Shown one piece after another: positions 50,564-64,000 of a stretch of 64,000 bases of DNA. Under the pieces are notes generated by a model. It saw only the letters and a program-made list of their open reading frames with translations, made no database searches and had not been told where the DNA came from. The position numbers were made by a program, and so were the translations under genes. The stretch's first letter is position 1, and every line of letters starts with the position of its first letter. Source of the DNA: the human T2T-CHM13v2.0 reference genome, Homo sapiens; NCBI RefSeq assembly GCF_009914755.1, contig NC_060926.1, one strand, 5' to 3'.

Positions 50564-51314
50564 TCAAATCCTACATAGTTAAACATCACAAGTACCTATT
50601 CTGCATACAATTTTTACTTACATATGCATCATAAACATTTTGCTGTGTTTCTACAAGACTTTGTGATGCTTATTTCAAGGACTATTGGTAGTTTTCCACA
50701 AGTTGATGCAGCATCAGGCATTAAAATGCTCCCCAGATGCTGAGCATTTAGCAATAACACCATTCTCCACCAAAGAGGCTTGTGTTCCCAAAATTACAGC
50801 TCTTGGTTCTTTTTGAGAGCAGTTTTCTGGGGGCATAAACTGCCCCCTGGTATGGCTACTGCACAGACCATATTCCCCTTTAATCACGTGCCTTGGTGCA
50901 GGGTACGCATCTACTAACCACTTTCCCCTTGTGGAAATGTTCTCCCAGGGGAGTCATTCTCCTGCCCAGCCTCAGAGAGAGCCTTGATCTCAGCCGCTCT
51001 GACAGCTTCAGTCACTTTACATTTCAGGAAACTGAATATAGGTTCTAATCTCTTTGCTCTCTAAAAGCTTCTGGGGTCCTAATGCAAATTTTATCACCCC
51101 TAGTTTAACACACTGTAAGCCCACATCAATAATTTTCAAACACAAGCACACAAATAATTTTTATCTTACCAAACACCCTCCCAAGCTTCTTGGCAATTGC
51201 CAGGTCAGAAGCTAAGGACACGTTTACAGATTTTTGCTAAATATTCCTATTACTCCTTTCCAAATTACTTTCCAAACAGTGTATCCATTTAGTTACTAGC
51301 TATAAACAAAGGTA

Positions 51315-52183
<869 letters not shown>

Positions 52184-52299
52184 CTCGTTGTTGTGCTACA
52201 GAAACAATTGTTTTTGTTTTTAGTAACTATCATATGGCACCTCAAGCTGTGAGTTTCTTTGACTGCTAGCTAGGGTCAACTTTTTCTCCTGTTTTTGTC

Positions 52300-52313
52300 A
52301 TCTTTCTTTTTTC

Positions 52314-52369
<56 letters not shown>

Positions 52370-52447
52370 TCCTTCCTTCCTTTCTTCCTTCCTTCCTTCC
52401 TTTCTTTCTTTTTCTTCTTTCTTCTTGCTTTTTTTTTTCCTTTTTGT
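52300..52447. repeat. (TTTC)n/(TTCC)n pyrimidine tract (Alu tail-derived)
   Basis: Read directly from the sequence; abuts an antisense Alu arm. Confidence 0.9.
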
Positions 52448-52573
52448 TGAGATGGGGTCTTATCTGTCACCCAACCTGGGGTATAGTGGCATGATCACGG
52501 CTCACTGCAGCCTCGACCTCCCAGGCTCAATCGATCCTCCTGAGAGCTGGGACTACAGGGATGTGTCACCACT
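52448..52573 (-). mobile_element. AluJ right arm or FRAM fragment
   Basis: GAGATGGGGTCTT...GCTCACTGCAGCCTCGACCTCCCAGGCTCAA. Confidence 0.85.
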
Positions 52574-53120
52574 TTCTTTTTGAGTGAATTGAATTGTTCA
52601 TTCATATCTGATTTACTGAGGGTTCTGAATCACAAGCCACAAAAACCAACTCTGGCTAATTTAGCAGAAAAGGAACTTATTAAGGCTCCCAGAATCTCCA
52701 GGAGGACAAGGGCACCAGGCTTAGGGCTTATACAGCCAGGAAAAATGTCCAAAGTCCAGCCTAGGGCAGGCTCCTGGAACTCGTCACTGGACTCTGACAC
52801 TGCCAGGTGCCCACCATGACACCATACTGTGCGCAAACCCTGCTGTGGGAATTGCTGTCTTTGACAGCAACACGCTGCTGCAGTGACAGCTGTCCCTGCC
52901 ACTGCCCTCACAGAACAGATTCTGCCAGGCTCCCCTCTGCACATGACCAGCCTCTAATTCAAAATCATGCAGGTGTACAATTGACAGATACTGGCCATGG
53001 ATCTGTGCCCTTGCTGCAAGTGCAGCTGGGAAAAGACCTCATATTCTGCAGAAGGAAGGTTCTGCCCCTTGAGGTTACAGATTCTGCAAACACAGGAACA
53101 GCGTTTAAAAAGTAGCTGGC

Positions 53121-53965
53121 TGTGTGAATTTCCCTTTGCTGCTATACCAAATTACCACAAACTTAGTGGCTTCAAACAACATAAATTTATTATCTTACAG
53201 TTCTTCCATAAGTAAGAAGTCTGACACAAAAACTCACTGCATTAAAATCAAGGTGTTGGCAGGGCTCTTTTCCTTTTGGGATGCTCTAGAGGAAATTTCA
53301 ATTCCTTGCTGTTTGCAACATTTAGAAGCTGCCCACATTCCTTGGCTCATGACCCCTTCCCCATATTCAAAGCCAGCAATAGTGATCAAGTCTTTCTCAC
53401 ACTGCATCACTGTTGCCATCCTCTGCCTCCTTCATCTACTTTCAAGGACCCTTGTGATTATATTGGGCCCACCTGTGTAATCCAGGATACTCTCCCTGAT
53501 ATGGTTTGCCTCTGTGTCCCCACTCAAATCTCGTTTTGATTTGTAATCCGCACAGGTCGAGGGAGGGAGACCGTTGGACCATGGGGGCGGTTTCTCCCAT
53601 GCTGTGGTCATTGAGTTCTCAGGAAATCTGATGGTTTTGTAAGTGTTTGGAAGTTCCTCCTTGCTCCACTCTCCTGCTGACTTGTGAAAAATGTGCCTGC
53701 TTCCCCTTCCACCATGACTGTAAGTTTCCTGAGGCCTCACCAGCCATGCAGAACTGTAAGTCAATTAAACCTCTTTCCTTTATAAATAACCCAGTCTCGA
53801 GTAGCATCTTTATAGCAGTGTGAAAGCAGACTAATACAATCCCTATTTTAAGGTCAGCTGATTAGCAACTTTAATCCCCCTTTGCCATGTAATGTTAAAC
53901 ATATTTGTAGTTTCTGTGGATTAGGATGTGGACATCTTTGGGAGACCATTATTCTGCCTACCACA
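53121..53965 (-). mobile_element. MLT1D-like MaLR solo LTR interrupted by THE1
   Basis: AAATTACCACAAACTTAGTGGCTT...AAGGACCCTTGTGATTA...ATTATTCTGCCTACCACA. Confidence 0.8.
53497..53838 (+). mobile_element. THE1 (THE1D-like) solo LTR
   Basis: TGATATGGTTTG...CAATTAAACCTCTTTCCTTTATAAA...GACTAATACA; 5-bp TSD CTCCC/ATCCC. Confidence 0.88.
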
Positions 53966-54401
53966 GTTGCCAAAAACAAAAAAACAATGAAGCTATCCAC
54001 TGCAACATCCTTAGTCTGCTTATTTATTGGCATCACTATGATTTGCTTATAAATTGAAATGTTTTCTCCAGATTTTTACCTTTTATCAATTACACCAAAT
54101 GAAATATTTCCCTCAGTCTGCTGTTTTGTTTTTGTATGAAATTTATGTTTCAGTATTAAGGTCTGTTCATTTCCTTGTGGTTTTATTTCTTCAAAACTGA
54201 GGACATGAATCTTCTTTCACAGATCTGATAACACATTTATTTTGTGCTTTTTAATACCATGTTTAAATTTAAATAAATTCTTCTGAAATTTGTTTTGATG
54301 TCTTTTATAAGGGGTACCTCTACCAATTGTTTTCCCTGATCTCTAGCCGGTTATCCTAATACTATTTACCTAATACTATTTAGTAAACAATCTCCATTTG
54401 A

Positions 54402-54735
<334 letters not shown>

Positions 54736-56234
54736 TAATAACTGATTTTCATTGAGGATCTAATATTTACTAAACACCAGGATTGGTACAGTTAGCATTA
54801 TTTTGTCTCTTAACAAAAATACAAGGTAAACTCATGTCTATTTTGTTCCCATTGAACCCCCTGTACCTAGCGCACAGAGTACCCAAACCTAATCCACAGC
54901 AGGCACTCAATAGGCATGTATTGAATGAATAAACAGCTAAAGTAAATTTGTATTTGAATCAGTCCTTGTTGATTTCACTAATTCACTCTATCATCCTCTT
55001 CTGTATTTGGGTCCCATTTCTAGTTTCTTAACGTTTTTCTATTTTTTTTCCACTAGCACCACACATTATATTATTGCCATTTTTTAACTCCAAGGGTTTT
55101 TAGCTGTTGTTTTTCAAAGTTTTATTTTGTTTACATAGAATTCAGTCCAGCATAAATATCTGCATTCAGATGTAGGTGCTGGTGCCAGGGGGGATGGGAT
55201 GGGATCGGTGGTAGCGGGGCGTATGTTTGGTAGAGTTTGTAAACTGGGTGGACAGAGCTTTTGATTCTGAAGATTGCGATGGTTACTATTGTGAAAGAGA
55301 ATCTTGTGAAAAGTCCACTGAGTGATGCAGCTCTTGATAAGTTCCTTATCATTGACCATTCAAAATGTAATTCATTTGGACTTTGCTGTCTTATACCTTA
55401 CTGTGCAAGTAGATATAATCTTTAAACTTTCATTTCTCCCTGAGTATTTGTAACAGAATAGGGTTTGTATTCACACCTGGAGCCTTTTTATAATGTTTTC
55501 ATTTTATTTTTGGAGCATTGTATTGTTATCATTTGCTCTCATGTTCTGAACCAACTGAGAAATAAGAGGTATGTGGATGAAGGCCAAAATATCAACTTTA
55601 TTACTGGTGAAGTTTAGGTTGTGGGAGGTACCTTTGTGCTTATATCTGAAGCTGAGCATACAATAGACATACCTGCCCAGTTATGGAAGGTACTGGACCA
55701 TCTCAGGTCTCCTCTGATGAGGGCAGGACATTTGTTATTAAGCCTATAGCTTGGCCAAGGGCAGAGAACATGAGCTCCATGCAGGCAAGCTGAGTTTCCA
55801 TGAGCAAAATGGGAAGGGGCTGAGCTGGGCTTGCCCTTTCCCATCAGATAAACCACTCTATTGCCTCAGGGTGGAGTGAATAAGTGGCGACAGGAAGTGG
55901 AAACCATAATTTAGCTCCAAGTGGGGTTACATTTTTTCTTATCATTACCCAACTTTTTCTTCTGTTGACCTATCACGTATAACCACTTAAGTTATGTGTT
56001 CTATAATTTACATGTACTTTAAATTCTTCAGCCTAGGTACTGTGATATAAATACGTGAGTTTGCTTTAATCTACACTCTTTGAGTATTCAATTTTCCTAA
56101 TTCCAGGTTCTCTTTAACCCTGATTAGCAAGAGAGGCTCTGTTAATTAGCCTAACAGGAGTTTTCAGTCCAAATGAGTGCCATCAAGATGAGGGTTGAAA
56201 ATTACAGGCAATCCTACTCACTAAATAAGGTTTA

Positions 56235-57192
56235 AAATTTTGGTGGTAGTGGATTATAACCCATTAAATAAAACCAAGTCAAGTTCCATGAGTTCATACA
56301 GATACAGATAAATGAATAAATAAATGAAGAAGGAAAAGCTCTTTGCTTATATTGTGATAGAAATTCAACAATAAAACATAGAAAAAATGATGAAATTAGA
56401 AAATCATCAATGTTGCCCAAAATAGGGGGTGAGAGTTTCAAGACAAACTGTGTATTTACACACTCTCAAAGTATCTTCCCAGGTATTGATTATTAATGAC
56501 AAAGGCGAAAGTAGTAACTTTATTCTGAAGAATATTGGAGTGCCCCACCTTAACCAATCACCAAGATTAGCGTCACCACTATAGGGGCAAACGAATTTCA
56601 TATGCTTCCTGATATGATACACCCAGAGGGACACATTTTCATTTGTGATATTTTTGCCAAAAATGCATGGCCTTAATTTAATCAAGAGAAAGTATCAGAT
56701 AAAGTCAAATAAAGACTATCCTTTAAACTAACTGGTCTTTATTCTTCAAAAATGTCAAGGTTAGGAAAGGCAAAAACTGATGGAGGAACTGTTCCAGATG
56801 AAAGGAGGCGTAACTAAATGCAACGTGCAATCCTGGCATGGATCCTGGGCCAAGAAAAAGAAATAGCCCTAAAGGACATTACTGAGACAATGACAAATTT
56901 TGACTATGGACTGTAGATTATGTAATAGGTTTGTATTAATGTTAAATTTTCTGATTTTGATATTAAAAATGTTCTTATGGAGGGGAATGTTCATCTTAGA
57001 AAAAGACACTTACATTTAGTGGCAAAAGGGCATGATATCTCCAATGTACTGTCAAATGATCTGGAATAAATATTAATAAAAAGAATGATAAAGCAAATAA
57101 GAAAAAATGTGAATAATTGTTAAATCGGGATGAAGGATACACAGGAGTTCCTTGTACTAGTCTAAGTTTAAAATTACATCAAAATAAAGTTA
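56235..57192 (+). mobile_element. L1MC4/5-like 3' fragment; limits approximate
   Basis: GATGAAATTAGAAAATCA...CACCTTAACCAA...AACTAAATGCAACGTG..ATCCTGG...AATGTTAAATTT. Confidence 0.7.
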
Positions 57193-57393
57193 CCCAAAAC
57201 CGTTGTGCAATAAAAAACACAAAATCAATATTAACAATTTTTAAAAGCTTCTCAATAGTCTACTCCCTTTAGAATGGCTCTGAGGCTTGACTGATTTCAA
57301 AACTGCCCTGTGTTCAATTGGCTTGGAGGGTCCTTGTGCCTGTATCTGACTATATCCTGCCACCAGGAGACTGTCACGTTTCCATCTCGTTAA

Positions 57394-57995
<602 letters not shown>

Positions 57996-58367
57996 CCATC
58001 TAGTTAACTTTCTATGCACAGAATGGAGCTGGGACTTCACTGAGTTTTCAGAACAAGTTGTAGAACTGTTTTGTGCCTCCTTGTTAATAAATATTTCTAT
58101 GTGTGGCAGAATTCAATAAAGGACTTACTTTCATTATAACCTGATAGTGAGGTTATAACATAAGCCATAGACATTCACGAAGGAAGTCTCTTGTGAATAA
58201 CCAAATCATCTTAGGTGAGTTTGCAACAACTCACCCTTGGTCATCCAGGGATGTGGCTCTCCTGGGAGACAAGATCTGCAGCCCACGTGGAGGAGGGTCG
58301 TGCTCCTGTCTGTGTGGACTAGCTAGCCACTGTCTCTTTGGGTATCCCTTAGACTGCTGCTGGCCAG

Positions 58368-58536
58368 CAGGGGTGGATTTATCACAAAATGGAAGCTTCA
58401 GGACCCTTCACTTGCTCAGGCTCCTTCCAAGGCCCTATACCTAATTTTGTTTTCATCATTTTATGTTCTTTTTTTTTTTTTTCTTAAACCACTCCCTTTC
58501 TGCAAATTGTATAAGCTTCAGGCCCCACAGAATCTG
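58368..58536 (-). mobile_element. MER53-like hAT element
   Basis: CAGGGGTGGATTTA...AAGCTTCAGG...CCTTCCAAGGCCC...AAATTGTATAAGCTTCAGGCCCCACA. Confidence 0.7.
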
Positions 58537-58700
58537 CTGGGTAGCTTAAATTTTGTCCCCAGAAGGTTCTGACGTGGGTCAGAACAGTACATTAAGCTCC
58601 AAGGTCGCTATTACACAAAGCTGAAAATGTACTCCCTCTCCCGTTTCTGATCCCCGTTTAGGTCCAATCCCATTGTCTATCACTAGGAGTTCTGCAATAA

Positions 58701-59060
<360 letters not shown>

Positions 59061-60048
59061 TACAAAATGCAAACATTTTAAAGGGGCCCCAGATGTGGAT
59101 ATAAATCCTTCTTCTGCAGTAAATTCTCAGGGAGAAATAAAAGTTTAAAGAACAGACCTACTTGCATGTTGAAGTCCAAAGGTATTAAAATCTGAAATCA
59201 AATTATCTTGCCCTTGTGAGTTAAAGTTCAAATAAATGAAAGTCAATTTAAAGTCCATCTCCCCACACCCATTTCAAATTCCTAGTGGCTGGGGGTCTCA
59301 AAGCCTGGGTAGAGTTGAAGTCCTCTTAGCAGCTGTAGCTGGCACCATTGCTTCCAGGAAAGGAGGTGGTTCCTTAAGGCATGGCCTTGGTTCCCACCAA
59401 ATTTAGAAAATGAGTGAATCTCCCTCCCTGAATCCATTTTCTCAGGGAAAAAAAAATGTTTTTTGTGTTGCCAAAAACGATAGCAGAGACTCAATTGTAT
59501 CTAAGGAAAAGAAGGTGGAAGATAAAAATCCCTTCTTTCTCTGGAGCAGACCCTAGGTCTGAACCAATGTCCTAAAGAACAGGAAGTCCTGTGGAGCAGC
59601 AGAAATAAGCAGATAACAAAATCGAAAACATAGTGTAGGGCAGGTCTTCATGTAACATATTTACTAGGTGTCTAATGGTGCCATGCACTGTCATCTTCTG
59701 GGGCTGCAGTGGTGACAAGGCAAGCAAGGCCCTTCCCTGGCATGGATAAGACCCATGCACCCCGATGCAAGGTGGCCAGGTCTGCTCATAGCTTGAGGGA
59801 AAAACAGATTTACCAAGACAGGATATTGGTTTGAACTCCTCACTTCTTAAGTAACAGAGAATGATGGTTCATCTTGATTTGATGGCAGAGCAAACCACAA
59901 AGAAAGTAGTCATCTGGGAAGAGGAAGGGTTAGAAAGGAAAAACAAGAAAAGCAATTGAATACCTGCTTCCTCTGGCCTTGCAGACACCAAGCTATGACA
60001 GTGTGAGTGGGCTTCTTAGAGAGTCTGCCACTGTGCATCTTGACTCTA

Positions 60049-60190
60049 ATTTTCTTATTTTATTTTATTTTTATTTTGAGACAGGGTGTCGCTGGCACTC
60101 CTGGACTGGAGTGCAGTGGTGCAGTCAAGGCTCACTGCAGCCTCGACCTCCCATCTCAAGGAATTCTCCTGCCTCAGCCTCCCAGGTAGA
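60049..60190 (-). mobile_element. truncated AluJ right arm
   Basis: (TTTTA)n followed by GAGACAGGG...GCTCACTGCAGCCTCGACCTCC. Confidence 0.85.
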
Positions 60191-61354
60191 TGGCTGGCTC
60201 CACTTTTGAAGCAGAGATTGCCACTTTTCTTGTACTTTACTATTATTTTTAAAATGACCTTTTTTTCTAGCATCCTCCCCAATCCCACTGCTTCTCAGGG
60301 CATAAGTCATTTCTCTTAACTCTTTTCTGGCTACATTGCTTTGAAACTCCTAGCATTGAGCTGATGTTGCTCAGTGGAAATACTCCTGCCTACTAATGCA
60401 TGTGTGCCACTTGCACACATGTCCTCTGCTAAATCGCTACTCCATCTTGACATTTCACTTGTCTGCCTTGACTAAGATTTGGGAGTTGAAACAAATATAG
60501 CTGCTCACATGTTATGGTCCTTTCTCTTCACCTTTGTCAGGAGATGGGGATGCATGTGAGTTAACACCCCAAGCAGGCCATTAACAACTGGAAGGCAGGA
60601 AGTTTCAGTCAGTATCAGAGGGGAAATCTGACTTCTAGATGCTGGAGCATACACAGAGCACAGGGGATGGATGACATCAGTCCTTTACTTTACTCTTAAG
60701 ACACGTATTCGTCCACACCAAGGCTTTCTGTTTCCCTGCCTTCTCTCCCTACTCCTGAGTCCTCTCAGTTTGTTTCACTTCTTGGCTAAGATGAAAAGAA
60801 AGCAGCATGGGTATGTCCCGTAGCAGCACTGGATATGAAGTCTCCATGAAGCCAATATCTTTCTGATGCTAAGGAATGTTTATCTGTGCAAAGGTGATAA
60901 GGTAGAATCAATTAAATGCAGAATGGATTCAGACATCTGGGCAGATAATTGCAGCCAGCCACAAATTCAGTCATTCTGCTGTCTTCTATTTCCTTTCCAT
61001 TTTAGGATTCTCACTTTTCTGACCTATGATTGTCAAAACAGAGTGAGAGGAGAGTAAACTGAGGCCACTGATCAGACCTAAATCAAGGACTGAGAAGGTA
61101 TTTGCAGTTCATTGGCATATGTTTGCATTTCTGTTTTTGCAGTGTTCCATGATAACATCCCTTAAGTACAGGGTGTGTCCACAAAACCTTAAAACTGATG
61201 GAAAGTAAACATTTAAACCAACTAGTTGATTGCCCATTGTGATACCATTAATGATTTTTCCCCTCCTTGAATTAACAGAATTTTGGGCTAATTGAAATGT
61301 CAAGACAACTTTTAATCCCAGAAAACCTAAATGGGAAATCATTTCCCAGTAAGA

Positions 61355-62440
61355 TCATAGAGCCACCAAAAGGACCACATTCGAGGTCAATATACAACCA
61401 ATAGCACTCTTCCACATAAAGAATAATCAGAAAAATATAATAAAAAGAGATCCCATTCACAATAGAAACAAAAACCATAACGTACCAAGAAATACCTTTG
61501 ATGTGAAATTTTTTTGACCCAAGAGAAGAAAACCAACCAATCAAACAAAATGGCGGTGACAAGAAAGCTTGACTAAATGGAAACAAGAACCATGCTCTTT
61601 TTTAAAGGAATGAATTCTACTCAATCTAACTTATAGGTTTGACCACTTCTCAATAAAAAACAGAATGTTTCTGAAAGTTAAAATTATTTACCTGAACTAG
61701 AGAATGAATAAACATAAAACAAGAGATAGCATCAAAGAAAAGGATTGTGATGATCATGGTGGGTACTAGCACCACCATTTGTGAAAAAATATTCTCAATC
61801 GGTGATAAAGACTATGATGTTGATGCATGTCAGCGGAACTGATGCAAATCAATGGAATAGAATATAGCAGCTAGTACATAAATGAACATTATTATGCATA
61901 AGAACCAAAAATACTATAAGGAAGTTCATATGATCAATGGGAAAAGAAAGATTAGATACTCTTAAAAGTAACTATTCATCTTCTAATTGCACACAGAAAT
62001 TAATTCTAAATGAATTAATGAGAATTTCAAAAAGGCAAAAATTATCAAACTAGATTATGGAAAGGAATCTTTGTCAGACCTCTGATGGAAGGGAGCAATG
62101 TCAAAGCATGTAAGAGTAGATACAAATGCATAAAAACTTCACACTCTAAAATGCAATAACATAAAGGAAAGCAAAATCAGGTGACAGAGGGCAAATATCT
62201 CCACTGTAAAGGGTGGAGAAGATTTAACATTTGCTGATTTTTTTTTAAAAAAAGCAAAGCCTCTAAGATGTCAATATGGGCAAACATACTCAGGGAAGAA
62301 GTAAACTGGTCAACACACAAACGAAAAAATATTCATTTTCATTAGTTGCAAAAGAAGTGTAAAGGCAAAACATAAATAGATTCAAATTTTGCTTATTAAA
62401 TTGTATTTCAAATGGTAGTATATTCCGATGGTTTAAAAAT
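61355..62440 (+). mobile_element. degraded old L1M fragments; limits approximate
   Basis: A-rich; ATCCCATTCACAATAG.AACAAAAA, ATCAATGGAATAGAATA and AAATTAATTCTAAATG resemble ORF2 motifs. Confidence 0.55.
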
Positions 62441-63020
62441 CAGAAAGTATAAAAAGTGTATAGTGGAAAGTCTCCTTCTTGTGTTTATTCCCCTAGTGCC
62501 AGTTTCCCAACCCTGTGCTTAGATTTTAAAATATTATGGGTCTATGCAGATACACATATAGATTTTCCTCCTTTTACTCTGAAGGTAGCATACCAAAAAC
62601 ATCATTCTGAAATTTGCTTTTTTGACATAATAATATATCTAGGAACCCTTTCCATATCAGTACTTAGCTTGCTCATTTTTTGTAGTTATATAAAACATTT
62701 TTCATTAACATTAGTATGTTGAAGTATATCTGAATTTAAATTGGTTTCATTTAGAGTTTTTTAATCATTTCAGAGGTACACACACATAAGATATTTACAA
62801 GTTATTCATTCAACATTTTTTGAAGTCCTACTGTATGGTAGAAAACAGATATCTATCTAGAAACTAACAGACAGCCTGGTAAATAATAAAACTCCATTGT
62901 GTAGCTATCCTACAGTTTATTTAACCAGGTCACTGTTAATGTTCATACTTTTCCTATAGGTGAATTGTTTTCTTTATAGTTTTCTAGTTTCATAATTACA
63001 TTTAATAAATTTTTATTTTA

Positions 63021-63392
<372 letters not shown>

Positions 63393-63879
63393 TCAATTAT
63401 TAAAACTACATCAAAATCTATAGATGTTAATTATCATTCAGAAATATTGAATTCCCAGTTTCAGGGATTAAGCATAAACATAGTCATAGATACCTAACAG
63501 GATAAGACCAATTCCTGCAAAAATGTGCTACCATGAAGGCAACTCAAGATTTAGTAACACGATATTATGACAATATTCTGTGAAACAATCTGTCAGCATT
63601 TTCAGAAATATGACATACAATGCCTGGAACACCAGCCAGCCAGGCTTCTTGGTAGACATGTCAGTGAGGACAAAGCTGCACCGGGGTGACATATGTTTTT
63701 AAATGGCTCAGAGGCCAAGCACATTGCAAGGTGTCAGGCATCCCTCTGACATTTCAGTTGAATATAAATTTGGAGCTGAATCTTTATCAAAGGTAAATAT
63801 GTACACACAGTAATGCTTTCATAAGAGAAAATCTCAGGTAAGCACCCTATGTAATGAAGACAGTAACTTATTAACACAT

Positions 63880-64000
63880 AGCTCAGCTATCGATTGCTGT
63901 GTTGTAAGCCATCTCAAAGCACAGTAGCTATGTGATTTATTACTTGTCATGGTTCTGCGGTTGATGGAGCTCCACTGGGAGGAGCTTCTGCTCCACGTTG
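63880..64000 (-). mobile_element. old MLT1-type LTR running off the window end
   Basis: TCAGCTAT..TTGCTGTG...ATTTATTA.TTGTCATGGTTCTG...TTCTGCTCCACGT. Confidence 0.45.

Noticed and set aside
55100-55360. Possible processed pseudogene on the minus strand (AATAAA with short ORFs)
   Set aside because: I found no clear poly(A) tail or TSD and no protein I recognise. A BLAST search would settle it.

Overview
This is mammalian genomic DNA, almost certainly human given the Alu, THE1 and MER repeats. It holds the 3' three-quarters of the SPTBN1 (beta-II spectrin) coding sequence on the + strand. I traced 24 coding exons by hand from 104 to 40573. They join in a consistent frame into 5451 nt (1816 aa plus stop), about residues 549-2364 if the full protein is the known 2364 aa. 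The encoded region covers spectrin repeats, the ankyrin-binding repeats 14-15, the partial tetramerization repeat 17, a Ser/Pro-rich linker, the PH domain and a basic tail. A weak donor at 32003/32004 can be read through to give the short C-terminal isoform without the PH domain (stop 32088-32090), which has its own ~2.2 kb 3'UTR. Two introns use GC donors. The long-isoform 3'UTR has several poly(A) signals out to ~43450. The last ~20 kb is repeat-rich DNA with no credible protein-coding gene. I see no evidence of a wholly new biological system. The best leads concern RNA processing: Alu-bracketed exon blocks that would form stop-free circles, a splice junction that regenerates a strong 5' splice site, a spliced +1-frame ORF, and a Pumilio-site hairpin in the short-isoform UTR. 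Repeat family names come from remembered consensus sequences, not from a search.
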